Below, one piece after another: positions 9,557 to 17,596 of a stretch of 32,000 nt of DNA. Below the pieces are notes generated by a model. That model had not been told where the DNA came from and did no database searches. It saw only the letters and a list, made by a program, of their open reading frames with translations. The translations under genes and the position numbers were made by a program. Positions within the stretch are counted from its first letter, which is position 1. Every line of letters starts with the position of its first letter. The stretch is from Okeania sp. (lineage in GTDB: Bacteria; Cyanobacteriota; Cyanobacteriia; Cyanobacteriales; Microcoleaceae). Location of the stretch: assembly GCF_035285525.1 (NCBI RefSeq), contig NZ_JAYKGW010000217.1, forward strand, positions 1 through 32,000, read 5' to 3'.

Positions 9557-9663
9557 GGGTGCATCTCATCGCCCCCAAAACAATTTTTTCTCTTCTCTTT
9601 TTCCTATTGCTCATTCCTTAAAAAGCATAAATTTTTGTCTTTATTCAAAATTGAGATGCCCCC
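9557..9663. mobile_element. Family-2-like element with different termini (TIR GGGTGCATCTCA / TGAGATGCCCCC)
   Basis: The 12-bp TIR matches at 11 of 12 positions. The interior (a CT-rich block, then ccttaaaaagcataaatttttg, then an A/T spacer) is collinear with family-2 copies A and B, but the terminal 12-20 bp are unrelated. The left arm of a family-1 MITE (gtaagtattcagttttcagc, 9537-9556) abuts it. Confidence 0.65.
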
Positions 9664-9830
9664 GATCTCTGGTTTCCAATTAATTAAGCAATTCTTGCTT
9701 TTTATCTGAGAGTAATTAATTGAATAAGCTTTAATAATTTTACTTATTGACTATTCAGAGAGTCTGATAAAAACTGAAAGTTATTTAATTGCAAAAGATA
9801 GTTTTTATAATATTTATACTTGAGCTTGAC

Positions 9831-10011
9831 GTCAGGATTCAGCTATTAGCATTCAGCCCTCAGCTTTTTTAACTTATAGCACATTTTTAACTAGAAAACT
9901 GATGTACAAAAACGATAGTTTGACTGGTCAAATCATACAATTAATTATGTGGCGGGAAATGCAGATTTGTCTGACAAGGTAATAGCTGATAGCTGACGGC
10001 TGAATGTTTAC
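9831..10011. mobile_element. MITE family 1, copy 4
   Basis: Ends are gtcaggattcagctattagcattcagccctcagc and aatagctgatagctgacggctgaatgtttac. Confidence 0.8.
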
Positions 10012-10396
10012 AAATTGACTCAAATAATACAGCATTACCTATAAAAATTATCATACTTATAAGGTACATTTTTTTTTGATTTTCTACCATTTATCACACA
10101 TTCTTGCTATACTTGGAACCTGGGAAAATAACTTTTGTTCATAACTGAAATTACCACTCTATTAAGTATTTGTTTGAACAAATAATATGGGGGAAATAAA
10201 AAATCCAAATATAGCAAAGTTTATGGCAATTAGTATTAGAGAGCAGGGATTAGGGTCATTTCAGTTATCAGTTATCAGTAGAGAGTGAACCTCCGAGTAA
10301 ATTCGGAGGCTTGAAATATTGAGTTAAAATTTTTTCATCCCCGAACAAGGGGAGGCTTTATACCTCTTTTGTTGGTAAGTTATAAAGTAGGTTCAA

Positions 10397-10866
10397 TAAT
10401 GGATAATTGATAATTACCTCTTCCTTTTAGGGCTATGCTTTATAAATATCTTTCTTAACATAAAACTTGGGCATTATATACAATTTATGTGTAAGCCTTT
10501 AAATGCCTTTTGTTGGGGAAAAAGTGTATGAAAAAGTATATTTTTTTTTGATAACTTGAATAGTTTTGCCTAGTTACTATGACTCTTTCTCCCTTCTCCC
10601 CTGCTCAGAGCTCCCCCTTCCCCTCCTGGGAGGAGCTAGGGGTGCTTCCCACAAGGGTTTCAGGAGTTCCTGATCAGGGATAGCTTTTAGGGAGAGGATT
10701 GAATAAAAGGAAAAAATTTACTTCTCTTGGTCGATTAGATATGGTTAGAGAAGCTATCCATCTCACCCTTCGGGAAGCTCTGCTGACGACCACTTTTTTC
10801 CTTTTTAAAGGGGAGACTTCAAGGGGCGAATTATTTAATTATTTAATTATTAATTCTTTGGTAATA
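10397..10866. repeat. Second copy of the 2117-2265 repeat, carrying two insertions
   Basis: It shares caataatggataattgataattacctct, gaataaaaggaaaaaat and gaattatttaattatttaattattaattctttggtaat with the first copy. It is interrupted by the 251-bp family-5 element and by a further block of about 75 bp (about 10718-10792). ORF-track entry 10699-10896 is probably spurious. Confidence 0.7.
10433..10683. mobile_element. 251-bp family-5 element, copy B, flanked by the 9-bp direct duplication CTTTTAGGG
   Basis: CTTTTAGGG occurs at 10424-10432 and at 10684-10692, immediately flanking the element. The paralogous host repeat at 2117-2265 lacks the insert. Confidence 0.8.
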
Positions 10867-11757
10867 AAAAAGAAGAAAAACCAGAGTACCTTATGAGTGT
10901 GGGAATCGGTACACCTAAGTTGATAAGCTAAATTAATTGCCATCCTATTAATGCCTTGTTTCCTTTCTCAACTAGGAAATTTATTCCCGATGAATGCTTA
11001 ATAATTTTGACTATAAAATTTTCACTAATGAATAATTATTTCTCAGGTTAAAGGAGTTTATTTTGGTAGTAATTTTTAATTCTTTCTCTATTTTTAAATT
11101 ACTTTTACCTTTTCTTCTCATTAATAGCTGATGGCTTAATGCTTAGATTATCTCTTCCCTATTACCTCTCTCAATTAGGAAATTATTAAAAGTACAACTA
11201 CTTAATCTTTACAGGCTAAAGGTAATTAAATTGTTTTATGTCACAATTAGGTTGCTAAAATTAATTAGAGCTTGGTGATGAAATATGAAAGGATTAGCAT
11301 TAATTATGATAGTAGCATTTAAGGAGCGAAAAAAGTACCATATTTTCCCTTAAGAAGGCGCGGTTCCCGAAAAATCAAAAATTTAGTATTTGAGTAAGAG
11401 TTGAGTAGAAAAATCAAGGGATAATTTTTCCGATTGATCGAGAACCGTTTACCTCCTCTATAAACCCCCTATTCCTCTTGACTCTTAACTACTCTCTGCT
11501 CCCTACTCCCTGCTTTGACAAAAAGACTTTTTCAGCAAACCCTAATTAGAAAATTCAAAGAGGTATGAGAACAACGAAAAAATTCATCCTTAAATTTCCT
11601 ACCTCATATAACAATGCTAAATTGGTTGTGATAATTTTGATAACAGTTAATTTGAGCTGAAAATTTTGGAAATTCTATCCGTCAAGAACCCGATGGCCTC
11701 CTAGCTAATTCCTGAGTTCTACTCCCATCCATAATACTTATTTAGCCAACCCTGACT

Positions 11758-11911
11758 CTAAGCATTCAGCAGTCAGCTATTAGCTATTAGCTTTTGGAGC
11801 AAATCTATAATTTTCAGCCATAAATAAATATATGGAATATATATGGTTTAACAACTCAGACATTAAAAAAGGGCTTTGCTGACTGCTGAGTGCTAATAGC
11901 TAAGTGCTTAC
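11758..11911. mobile_element. MITE family 1, copy 5, 48 nt upstream of the kinase start
   Basis: Ends are ctaagcattcagcagtcagctattagc and gctgagtgctaatagctaagtgcttac. Confidence 0.75.
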
Positions 11912-11959
11912 CCCTAACTTAATTGAAACCCTGCCCTAAAGAATGAGGTTTTATCTATC

Positions 11960-14338
11960 ATGATGAAAAATATTTTAGATGGACGCTATAAAATTATCAA
12001 AATTATTGAATCAGGAGAATCTGGCCATACTTATTTAGCCAAAGATATTCGCCGTCCTGGAGAAGCAAAATGTTTTATTAAGCATTTACGGCCAAATACC
12101 TACGACGAAAGATTTATGCAAATCATCCGTCGTAGATTTCAACAAGAAGCAAAAATACTAGAAAAGTTATCTGAACATAATCAAATTCCTAAACTTCTGG
12201 CTTACTTTGAAGAAAATCAAGAGTTTTATTTGGTTCAATCTTTTATTCCTGGTCAATCTCTAGATAATGAAATATTGCCTGGTAAAGCTCTATCTGAAAT
12301 GCAAATAATTAAAACTCTCAGAGAAGTATTAGAAATTTTAGTATTTGTGCATGGAAAAAATGTAATTCATCGAGATATTAAACCAGCTAATTTAATTAGA
12401 AGAAAATCAGACTATAAATTAGTTTTGATTGATTTTGGTGCTGTTAAAGAAATTAATATTTCTCAACAAAATAAAACAGCAAGAATTGGTACAATGGAAT
12501 ATATGCCAATTGAACAATTTGAATATAATCCACAATTAAATAGTGATATTTATGCTTTAGGAATGATAGGAATTCAGGCAATTACAGGATTACCTAGTAG
12601 TGAATTATCTAAACTAAAAGATTATCAAGACAGGGAAAAAAGAGAAATATTTTGGAGACATTTAGCGGTTTGTTCTACAGAAATAGCAGATATTTTAGAT
12701 AAGATGGTGCGCTATGATTATCGTGAACGTTATCAATCAGCAGCAGAAGTTATAGCTGATTTAAAAGAAATTAGCAATAAATTAAATCAAACTATAGATA
12801 AAAGAGAGATTTATCGGGAAGAGGTGGTTCGTCGAGCTAGTTATCAAGGAGATATTTCTATTGTCGGAAGAAGAATTTTAGATGAATTACGAGAAAGTTT
12901 AGAACTATTAAAAGAAGAAGCGGAAATAATTGAGGATGAGGTATTAAATCCTTATCGTAAATATCACGAGAAAGGGGAAATATATGAACAAACATTACGA
13001 GCTGCACTTCAACAAGAATACCCATTTAGTAATGAAACTCGTGAAGAGTTAGAGCGTCTACAGCAAATTTTAGGACTTACTCAAGAGGATATAAGATTAG
13101 TAGAAGAAAGAATATTGCCTAAATCTACAATTAGAAAAATTAAAAATATATTAATCAATAATTACAGAAAAATTCCTATGACTAATTTGCGGTCAATTTT
13201 AGGGATTATCGTTATGGTTATAGTAGTAATATTTACTCTTGATATATATATTAAATATCAAAGTTATCTTCAAGATAAGGGAGAAGAAAAAGTAAAAAAA
13301 GAACAGAAAGAATTAGAAAAACTAAATTCATTTAAAAGTTTATATGAAGAGCGAAACTATGAAAGTTGCATCATTCAAATAACTTTTATTAGTGAAGATG
13401 AAAGTATTTTTGCTGAAGCTCAGGAGATTTTACAAAAATGTAAAGAAGGTAAAAATTGGCAGAATTATCAAGTCAAAGATTTATCTCAATATTCAGCTGC
13501 TGTTAATACTGTTGTATTTAGTCCCGATGGCAAAATGCTAGCTACTGGTAGTAGAGAAAACACAGTAAAAATTTTAGAAATACCTACAGGAAAAGTTATC
13601 AAAACATTTTCTGGTGATGGTTCTCCAATTTGGTCAGTTGCTTTTAATAGTGATGGTAATCAATTAGTTGCAGGTACTTATGATTGGAGAGTAATGGTTT
13701 GGAATTTGTCAGAAAGAGAACCTTTTCAGATTGTTGAACATCAAGCACCTATTTGGTCGGTTACTGTTAGTCCTGATGATGAATTAATTGCTAGTTCGAG
13801 TGGAGATAAAACTGTTAAAGTTTGGGATTTAAAAGCAGGTTTCTTAATTTTTAGTTTCCCAGATCACTCAGATATAATTTATTCTGTTGCTATTAGTTCT
13901 AATGGCAAAATATTGGTGAGTGGTAGTGCAGATAAAACTTTAAAAATTGAAGATTTAGATACAACAAAATTACTTAATACTTTAACTGGACATGAAGGAG
14001 TTGTTAGGTCTGTTAAGATTACTCCAGATGACAAAAAAATAGTTAGTGGTAGTTATGATAAAACTATTAAAATATGGGATTTAGAAACTGGAAATTTAAT
14101 CAAAACTCTTGATGGTCATACTGATGAGGTTATCTCGGTTGATGTTAGTCGAGATGGTCGCTATATTGCTAGCGGTGGTAAGGATAATACTATTAAAATA
14201 TGGGATTTAGAAACTGGAGAATTACTAAAGACTTTAACCGGACATACAAATGAAATTTATACGGTTAGTTTTAGTCCTGATGGTAATAGTATTGCTAGTG
14301 GGAGTAAAGACGGTACTATTAAACTTTGGCAAAGATAA
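11960..14338 (+). CDS. Ser/Thr protein kinase (Hanks type) with a central transmembrane segment and a C-terminal WD40 beta-propeller
   Basis: Kinase motifs seen: GESGHTYLA...CFIKHL, HRDIKPANLI, DFGAVK, GTMEYMPIEQ. A single hydrophobic stretch, LRSILGIIVMVIVVIFTLDIYI, lies at about aa 411-432. After about aa 505 there are about seven WD40 units (V.SV.FSPDG..LASGS.D.T.K.W.L). Confidence 0.9.
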   Translation: MMKNILDGRYKIIKIIESGESGHTYLAKDIRRPGEAKCFIKHLRPNTYDERFMQIIRRRFQQEAKILEKLSEHNQIPKLLAYFEENQEFYLVQSFIPGQSLDNEILPGKALSEMQIIKTLREVLEILVFVHGKNVIHRDIKPANLIRRKSDYKLVLIDFGAVKEINISQQNKTARIGTMEYMPIEQFEYNPQLNSDIYALGMIGIQAITGLPSSELSKLKDYQDREKREIFWRHLAVCSTEIADILDKMVRYDYRERYQSAAEVIADLKEISNKLNQTIDKREIYREEVVRRASYQGDISIVGRRILDELRESLELLKEEAEIIEDEVLNPYRKYHEKGEIYEQTLRAALQQEYPFSNETREELERLQQILGLTQEDIRLVEERILPKSTIRKIKNILINNYRKIPMTNLRSILGIIVMVIVVIFTLDIYIKYQSYLQDKGEEKVKKEQKELEKLNSFKSLYEERNYESCIIQITFISEDESIFAEAQEILQKCKEGKNWQNYQVKDLSQYSAAVNTVVFSPDGKMLATGSRENTVKILEIPTGKVIKTFSGDGSPIWSVAFNSDGNQLVAGTYDWRVMVWNLSEREPFQIVEHQAPIWSVTVSPDDELIASSSGDKTVKVWDLKAGFLIFSFPDHSDIIYSVAISSNGKILVSGSADKTLKIEDLDTTKLLNTLTGHEGVVRSVKITPDDKKIVSGSYDKTIKIWDLETGNLIKTLDGHTDEVISVDVSRDGRYIASGGKDNTIKIWDLETGELLKTLTGHTNEIYTVSFSPDGNSIASGSKDGTIKLWQR

Positions 14339-14342
14339 TTGG

Positions 14343-14377
14343 ATAATTAATAATTAATAATTAATAATTAATAATGG
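14343..14377. repeat. Heptamer tandem array (ATAATTA), about 5 units, starting 5 nt after the kinase stop codon
   Basis: ataatta occurs at 14343, 14350, 14357 and 14364, followed by a degenerate unit. Confidence 0.85.
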
Positions 14378-14381
14378 ATAA

Positions 14382-14599
14382 TTAGGGCTTGCTGATTAAA
14401 AAAAAGTATTGAACAGATAAAAAAGATTTTAGCTTTTTTGGGATAGAAAAAAGTACCAGGTTTTCGGTATAAAAATTACGGTTCCCGAAAAATCAAAAAG
14501 TTAGCATTTTGAGCAGGCAAGATTTTATCTACTCACACTTCCCCTCCTGGGAGGGGTTAGGGATGGGTCTCACACTCTGCTTTGTTCAGCAAACCCTAA
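14382..14599. mobile_element. MITE family 4 (TIR TTAGGG(C/T)TTGCTGA)
   Basis: Left end ttagggcttgctga (14382-14395) and right end tcagcaaaccctaa (14586-14599), matching at 13 of 14 positions. Internally it has aaaaagtacc, ggttcccgaaaaatc (14480-14494) and the palindrome cccctcctgggagggg. It fills the convergent gap between the kinase gene and the TMEM14-like gene. Confidence 0.8.
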
Positions 14600-14611
14600 T
14601 TACGTTTTTTT

Positions 14612-14950
14612 TTAAATTATAGCTGAATTGTTTATACTAATTTCATAAACCATAATTGCTAGGGCGATAATACCAGTTAAAATCATTAATCCAGCAGGCA
14701 TCATTTTACGGGTTTTTGCTAAACGAATAATAAATGTAATTATGAGAATAGTTGTAATTATAATAGACAATATTAGACCCCAATTTATTCCTATTAGTTG
14801 CATAATTCCACTAATAATTAGTAGTAAACCGCTGATACTACCTGATACTAAAGATATTTTGCTGCCTACTTTCTTATATCCAATAATTCCTCCAATTATG
14901 GCTAGGATTCCATAAGCGATCGCTGCTATTATGACGATATTTATAGTCAT
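14612..14950 (-). CDS. TMEM14/UPF0136-like small integral membrane protein
   Basis: 112 aa with four hydrophobic helices. The motif IIGGIIGYKKVGSKISLVSGSISGLLL matches the TMEM14 signature GG..GY.K.GS..SL..G. Confidence 0.65.
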   Translation of the reverse strand: MTINIVIIAAIAYGILAIIGGIIGYKKVGSKISLVSGSISGLLLIISGIMQLIGINWGLILSIIITTILIITFIIRLAKTRKMMPAGLMILTGIIALAIMVYEISINNSAII

Positions 14951-15054
14951 TATTATTAAATCCCTAAAACTAATTGATAAAGTAATTTATACAGTTTACT
15001 TGCACAAATAGCTAGCTAACTTATTAAAAATTAATATTGCCTAATTTTTAATAA

Positions 15055-15529
15055 TTAGGGTTTACTGAAAAAGTCTTTTTGTGAGGTAGGGGGTGGAAAA
15101 TATGTAACTTCTCTACATACAACTCCCTTGCAGAATAGCGAGAAGCGGGGAGTTAGCGAATAATTAATAATTAATAGTTAATAATTAGTAATTATTCGTT
15201 GATAGTTAATAATTATTCATTCAAAAATTCACGGCTGGAAGCCTCTCTTTTTAAGGGAATAAATCAAAAATTTTCATAATTATTCAATCCCCTTCTTTGA
15301 AGAAGGGGTAATTATTAATTATTAATTATTCATGGCTTTATTGCTGAAAGAGGAAGTAGTTGAAAAAATAGTTTCTTAATTTTTCTGTCCTAGTTAATGT
15401 AAAATGCTAAGATGCTTAAACCTGAGCAGCCTAAAAACTTGCACTTTTATGGTTCCCGAGAAATCAGACTATAAAAAGACTGAAATTTTTATCTATAAAT
15501 ACTTTTAGATTTAATCAGCAGAGCCATAA
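15055..15529. mobile_element. MITE family 4, expanded copy with nested heptamer blocks and hairpin modules
   Basis: Left end ttagggtttactgaa; right end tcagcagagccataa is degenerate. Inside are aataatt/aattatt heptamer runs (15160-15215, 15305-15335), the hairpin ccccttctttgaagaagggg and ggttcccgagaaatc (15451-15465). Confidence 0.55.
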
Positions 15530-15558
15530 TTATTAAGTTATGATTAAAGCGGAAATTT

Positions 15559-15767
15559 GTAAGCATTCTGCATCGTCAACAAACAGCGGTCAGCTATTTA
15601 TTTTAGTTTGAGATCAAAGCTTTATTAGTTGAGGTAAATTCAATCTTAATATCAAAACAGACTTTAAAGTTTATATTCATTTGAAGTTATTTTAAGCTTT
15701 AGATAGGGTTTGCTGAATGGGAGGGCATTCCGCAGGAAGAGCTGACGGTTAATAGCTGAATGCTTAC
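15559..15767. mobile_element. MITE family 1, copy 6
   Basis: Ends are gtaagcattctgc and gctgacggttaatagctgaatgcttac. It carries nested family-4 and GCATTCCGCAGGAA fragments (15704-15740). Confidence 0.75.
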
Positions 15768-15874
15768 TGAAATTTTCAACTCTTTAATCACATTTTTTAT
15801 AATATTTCTAATTCTTAAAATTGTATCTTAAGTAAATGTAAAAAAATAGTTTTTTATCAATACAGATAGTAAAA

Positions 15875-15908
15875 TTAATTATTAATTATCCATTATTCAT
15901 TATCAATC
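15875..15908. repeat. Heptamer array (TTAATTA/TTCATTA) running right up to the ATG of the DUF815 ATPase gene
   Basis: Units at 15875, 15882, 15889 and 15896, then tcaatc, then the ATG at 15909. There is no purine-rich Shine-Dalgarno sequence in between. Confidence 0.8.
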
Positions 15909-17240
15909 ATGTCTTGTTTAGATACTGAAATTATTATCGAAATTGAAAATTTGCAACAGCAAATAGCATCTCTTTTGTTATATCAATCTGTTCTGAAAAA
16001 AACAGTGGGTGAATCTTTTCTTCAGCTATTAGAATCTTTGTCTAAAAATGATGGGATTAAAATAGAATGTTTTCGAGCTTATGGTAACTGGTTTAGAACT
16101 ATTGCTAGTGAAAATATTTCTTGGCAAGAATATCTAATTTCTCAGATTATTCTGGATGATAATCCTTTTAGTCAACAAGTTCAAAAAATAGATACTACTA
16201 ACCTATCTCCAAATTTAATTGCAGCAGTAAAACATGATTTACAGATTTTGCAAAATCTTTATCGGTGCAATGGTAAAACAATTAGTCAGTGGGTAAAAAT
16301 AATAGCTAAATTAGAAAAAATTCCCATTGTTTGGGAACTAGAATTAGAAAGAAAAGAGCCTATCTATCAACAGTTAATAAATTTAGAAAATTGGGAAGAT
16401 GCTATTGATATTTTAGCTGTTCATTATCGTAATTTTGGTACAGGTTTGTTTGCGGAATCAATTGCTTTTGAATGGCGCAATGGTCAACTACTAACTATTA
16501 CTTATCCCGATTCAGTGAAATTAGAAGAATTGGTAGGATATGAATTTCAACGAGACACTTTGATTAAAAATACAGAATTTCTTATAGCAGGATATTCAGC
16601 ACTTAATGTTTTGCTTTATGGTAGTCGTGGTACTGGAAAATCTTCTTTGGTAAAAGCTTTATTAAATGAGTATAGTCAACGCAATCTCCGTTTGGTTGAA
16701 GTAGCTAAATCTGATTTAAAAGATTTACCTTTAATTGTGGAAAAGTTACGGAATGTTCCCCAAAAATTTATTATCTTTGTTGATGACCTTTCCTTTGAGG
16801 AAGATGATGATATTTTTAAAGCTTTAAAGGTTGTTTTAGAAGGTAATTTAACTGCTAAACCAGCAAATGTTGTGGTTTATGCTACCTCAAATAGAAGACA
16901 TTTAATTAGAGAATTTTTTAATGACCGTCCTTCTCCAAAAGATAGTGATGAAGTTAATAATTGGGATACGGTTCAAGAAAAGCTTTCTTTTAGCGATCGC
17001 TTTGGTTTAACTTTAACTTTTGAACCTGCTAACCAAGATACTTATTTAAAAATTGTTAGGCATTTGGCAAAGCAAGAAAAAATTAATTTAAGTCCTGAAG
17101 ATTTAGATTTTCAAGCTTTACAATGGGCAACTAGAAATAATGGTCGTTCTGGGAGAACAGCACGACAATTTATTGATTTTATTAGTGCTAATTTAGCAGT
17201 TTTGAGAAGCAAGGAAGAAGGAAAAAGTAAGAAGGAATAG
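15909..17240 (+). CDS. AAA+ ATPase of the DUF815 family with a long N-terminal domain of unknown function
   Basis: The C-terminal half reads NVLLYGSRGTGKSSLVKALLNEY (Walker A), FIIFVDDLSFEEDD..FKALKVVLEG (Walker B region) and VVVYATSNRRHLI, which is the characteristic DUF815 pattern. Confidence 0.8.
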   Translation: MSCLDTEIIIEIENLQQQIASLLLYQSVLKKTVGESFLQLLESLSKNDGIKIECFRAYGNWFRTIASENISWQEYLISQIILDDNPFSQQVQKIDTTNLSPNLIAAVKHDLQILQNLYRCNGKTISQWVKIIAKLEKIPIVWELELERKEPIYQQLINLENWEDAIDILAVHYRNFGTGLFAESIAFEWRNGQLLTITYPDSVKLEELVGYEFQRDTLIKNTEFLIAGYSALNVLLYGSRGTGKSSLVKALLNEYSQRNLRLVEVAKSDLKDLPLIVEKLRNVPQKFIIFVDDLSFEEDDDIFKALKVVLEGNLTAKPANVVVYATSNRRHLIREFFNDRPSPKDSDEVNNWDTVQEKLSFSDRFGLTLTFEPANQDTYLKIVRHLAKQEKINLSPEDLDFQALQWATRNNGRSGRTARQFIDFISANLAVLRSKEEGKSKKE

Positions 17241-17315
17241 TGTTTCGATTCAGTAGTTATGGAGCAATTAATTATACTAAATTCAATTATCATAAATCTT
17301 CTAGCAATGAATAAT

Positions 17316-17447
17316 ATATAATCCGATTGAAGAGTTGTTCCTATCGACTATAGGAAGCAATCTCTACGCACCCCTGAGATTGTTTCCTTCCACACTGTTA
17401 CCGTCGCAATGACTTGAGTATAGTAATTATTCGGATTCCATATAATG
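17316..17447. other. Element of about 130 bp bounded by inverted repeats, with two internal perfect hairpins. Candidate small RNA or singleton MITE
   Basis: The outer inverted repeat is tatataatccga / tcggattccatata. Hairpin 1 is ttcctat-cgact-ataggaa. Hairpin 2 is caatctc-tacgcacccct-gagattg. I found no second copy in the window. Confidence 0.35.
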
Positions 17448-17528
17448 GATAATTAAAGATAGTTTTAGTTATCCATTATCTATGTTTAAATTAATATAAA
17501 TTTTCAGGTAGGGGGAACAGCTTTTGTA

Positions 17529-17580
17529 GTAAGATTTAATTATGGCTAAATAAGGCAATGGCTGACGGCTGAATGCTTAT
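17529..17580. mobile_element. MITE family 1, miniature or truncated copy, 16 nt upstream of the TerB-like gene start
   Basis: The right arm ggcaatggctgacggctgaatgcttat is clear. The left arm gtaagattta is only a remnant. Confidence 0.45.
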
Positions 17581-17596
17581 AAAATGAGGTGACTAA

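Noticed and set aside
3679-10683. Reading the inverted 250-bp pair as a composite transposon carrying the sigma-factor gene
   Set aside because: There is no transposase between the copies, and the copies are only about 85% identical. Only copy B has a flanking duplication, and that duplication is its own. The pattern fits two independent insertions of a dispersed element. The potential for inversion is kept as a low-key hypothesis in the findings.
17380-17395. CU-rich loop uuccuuccacac as a possible Yfr1-type sRNA motif (ACUCCUCACAC)
   Set aside because: Only about 6 of 11 positions match when aligned on the CACAC end. The flanking hairpin arrangement is only loosely similar. This is not enough to name it, so it is kept only as an anonymous structured element.
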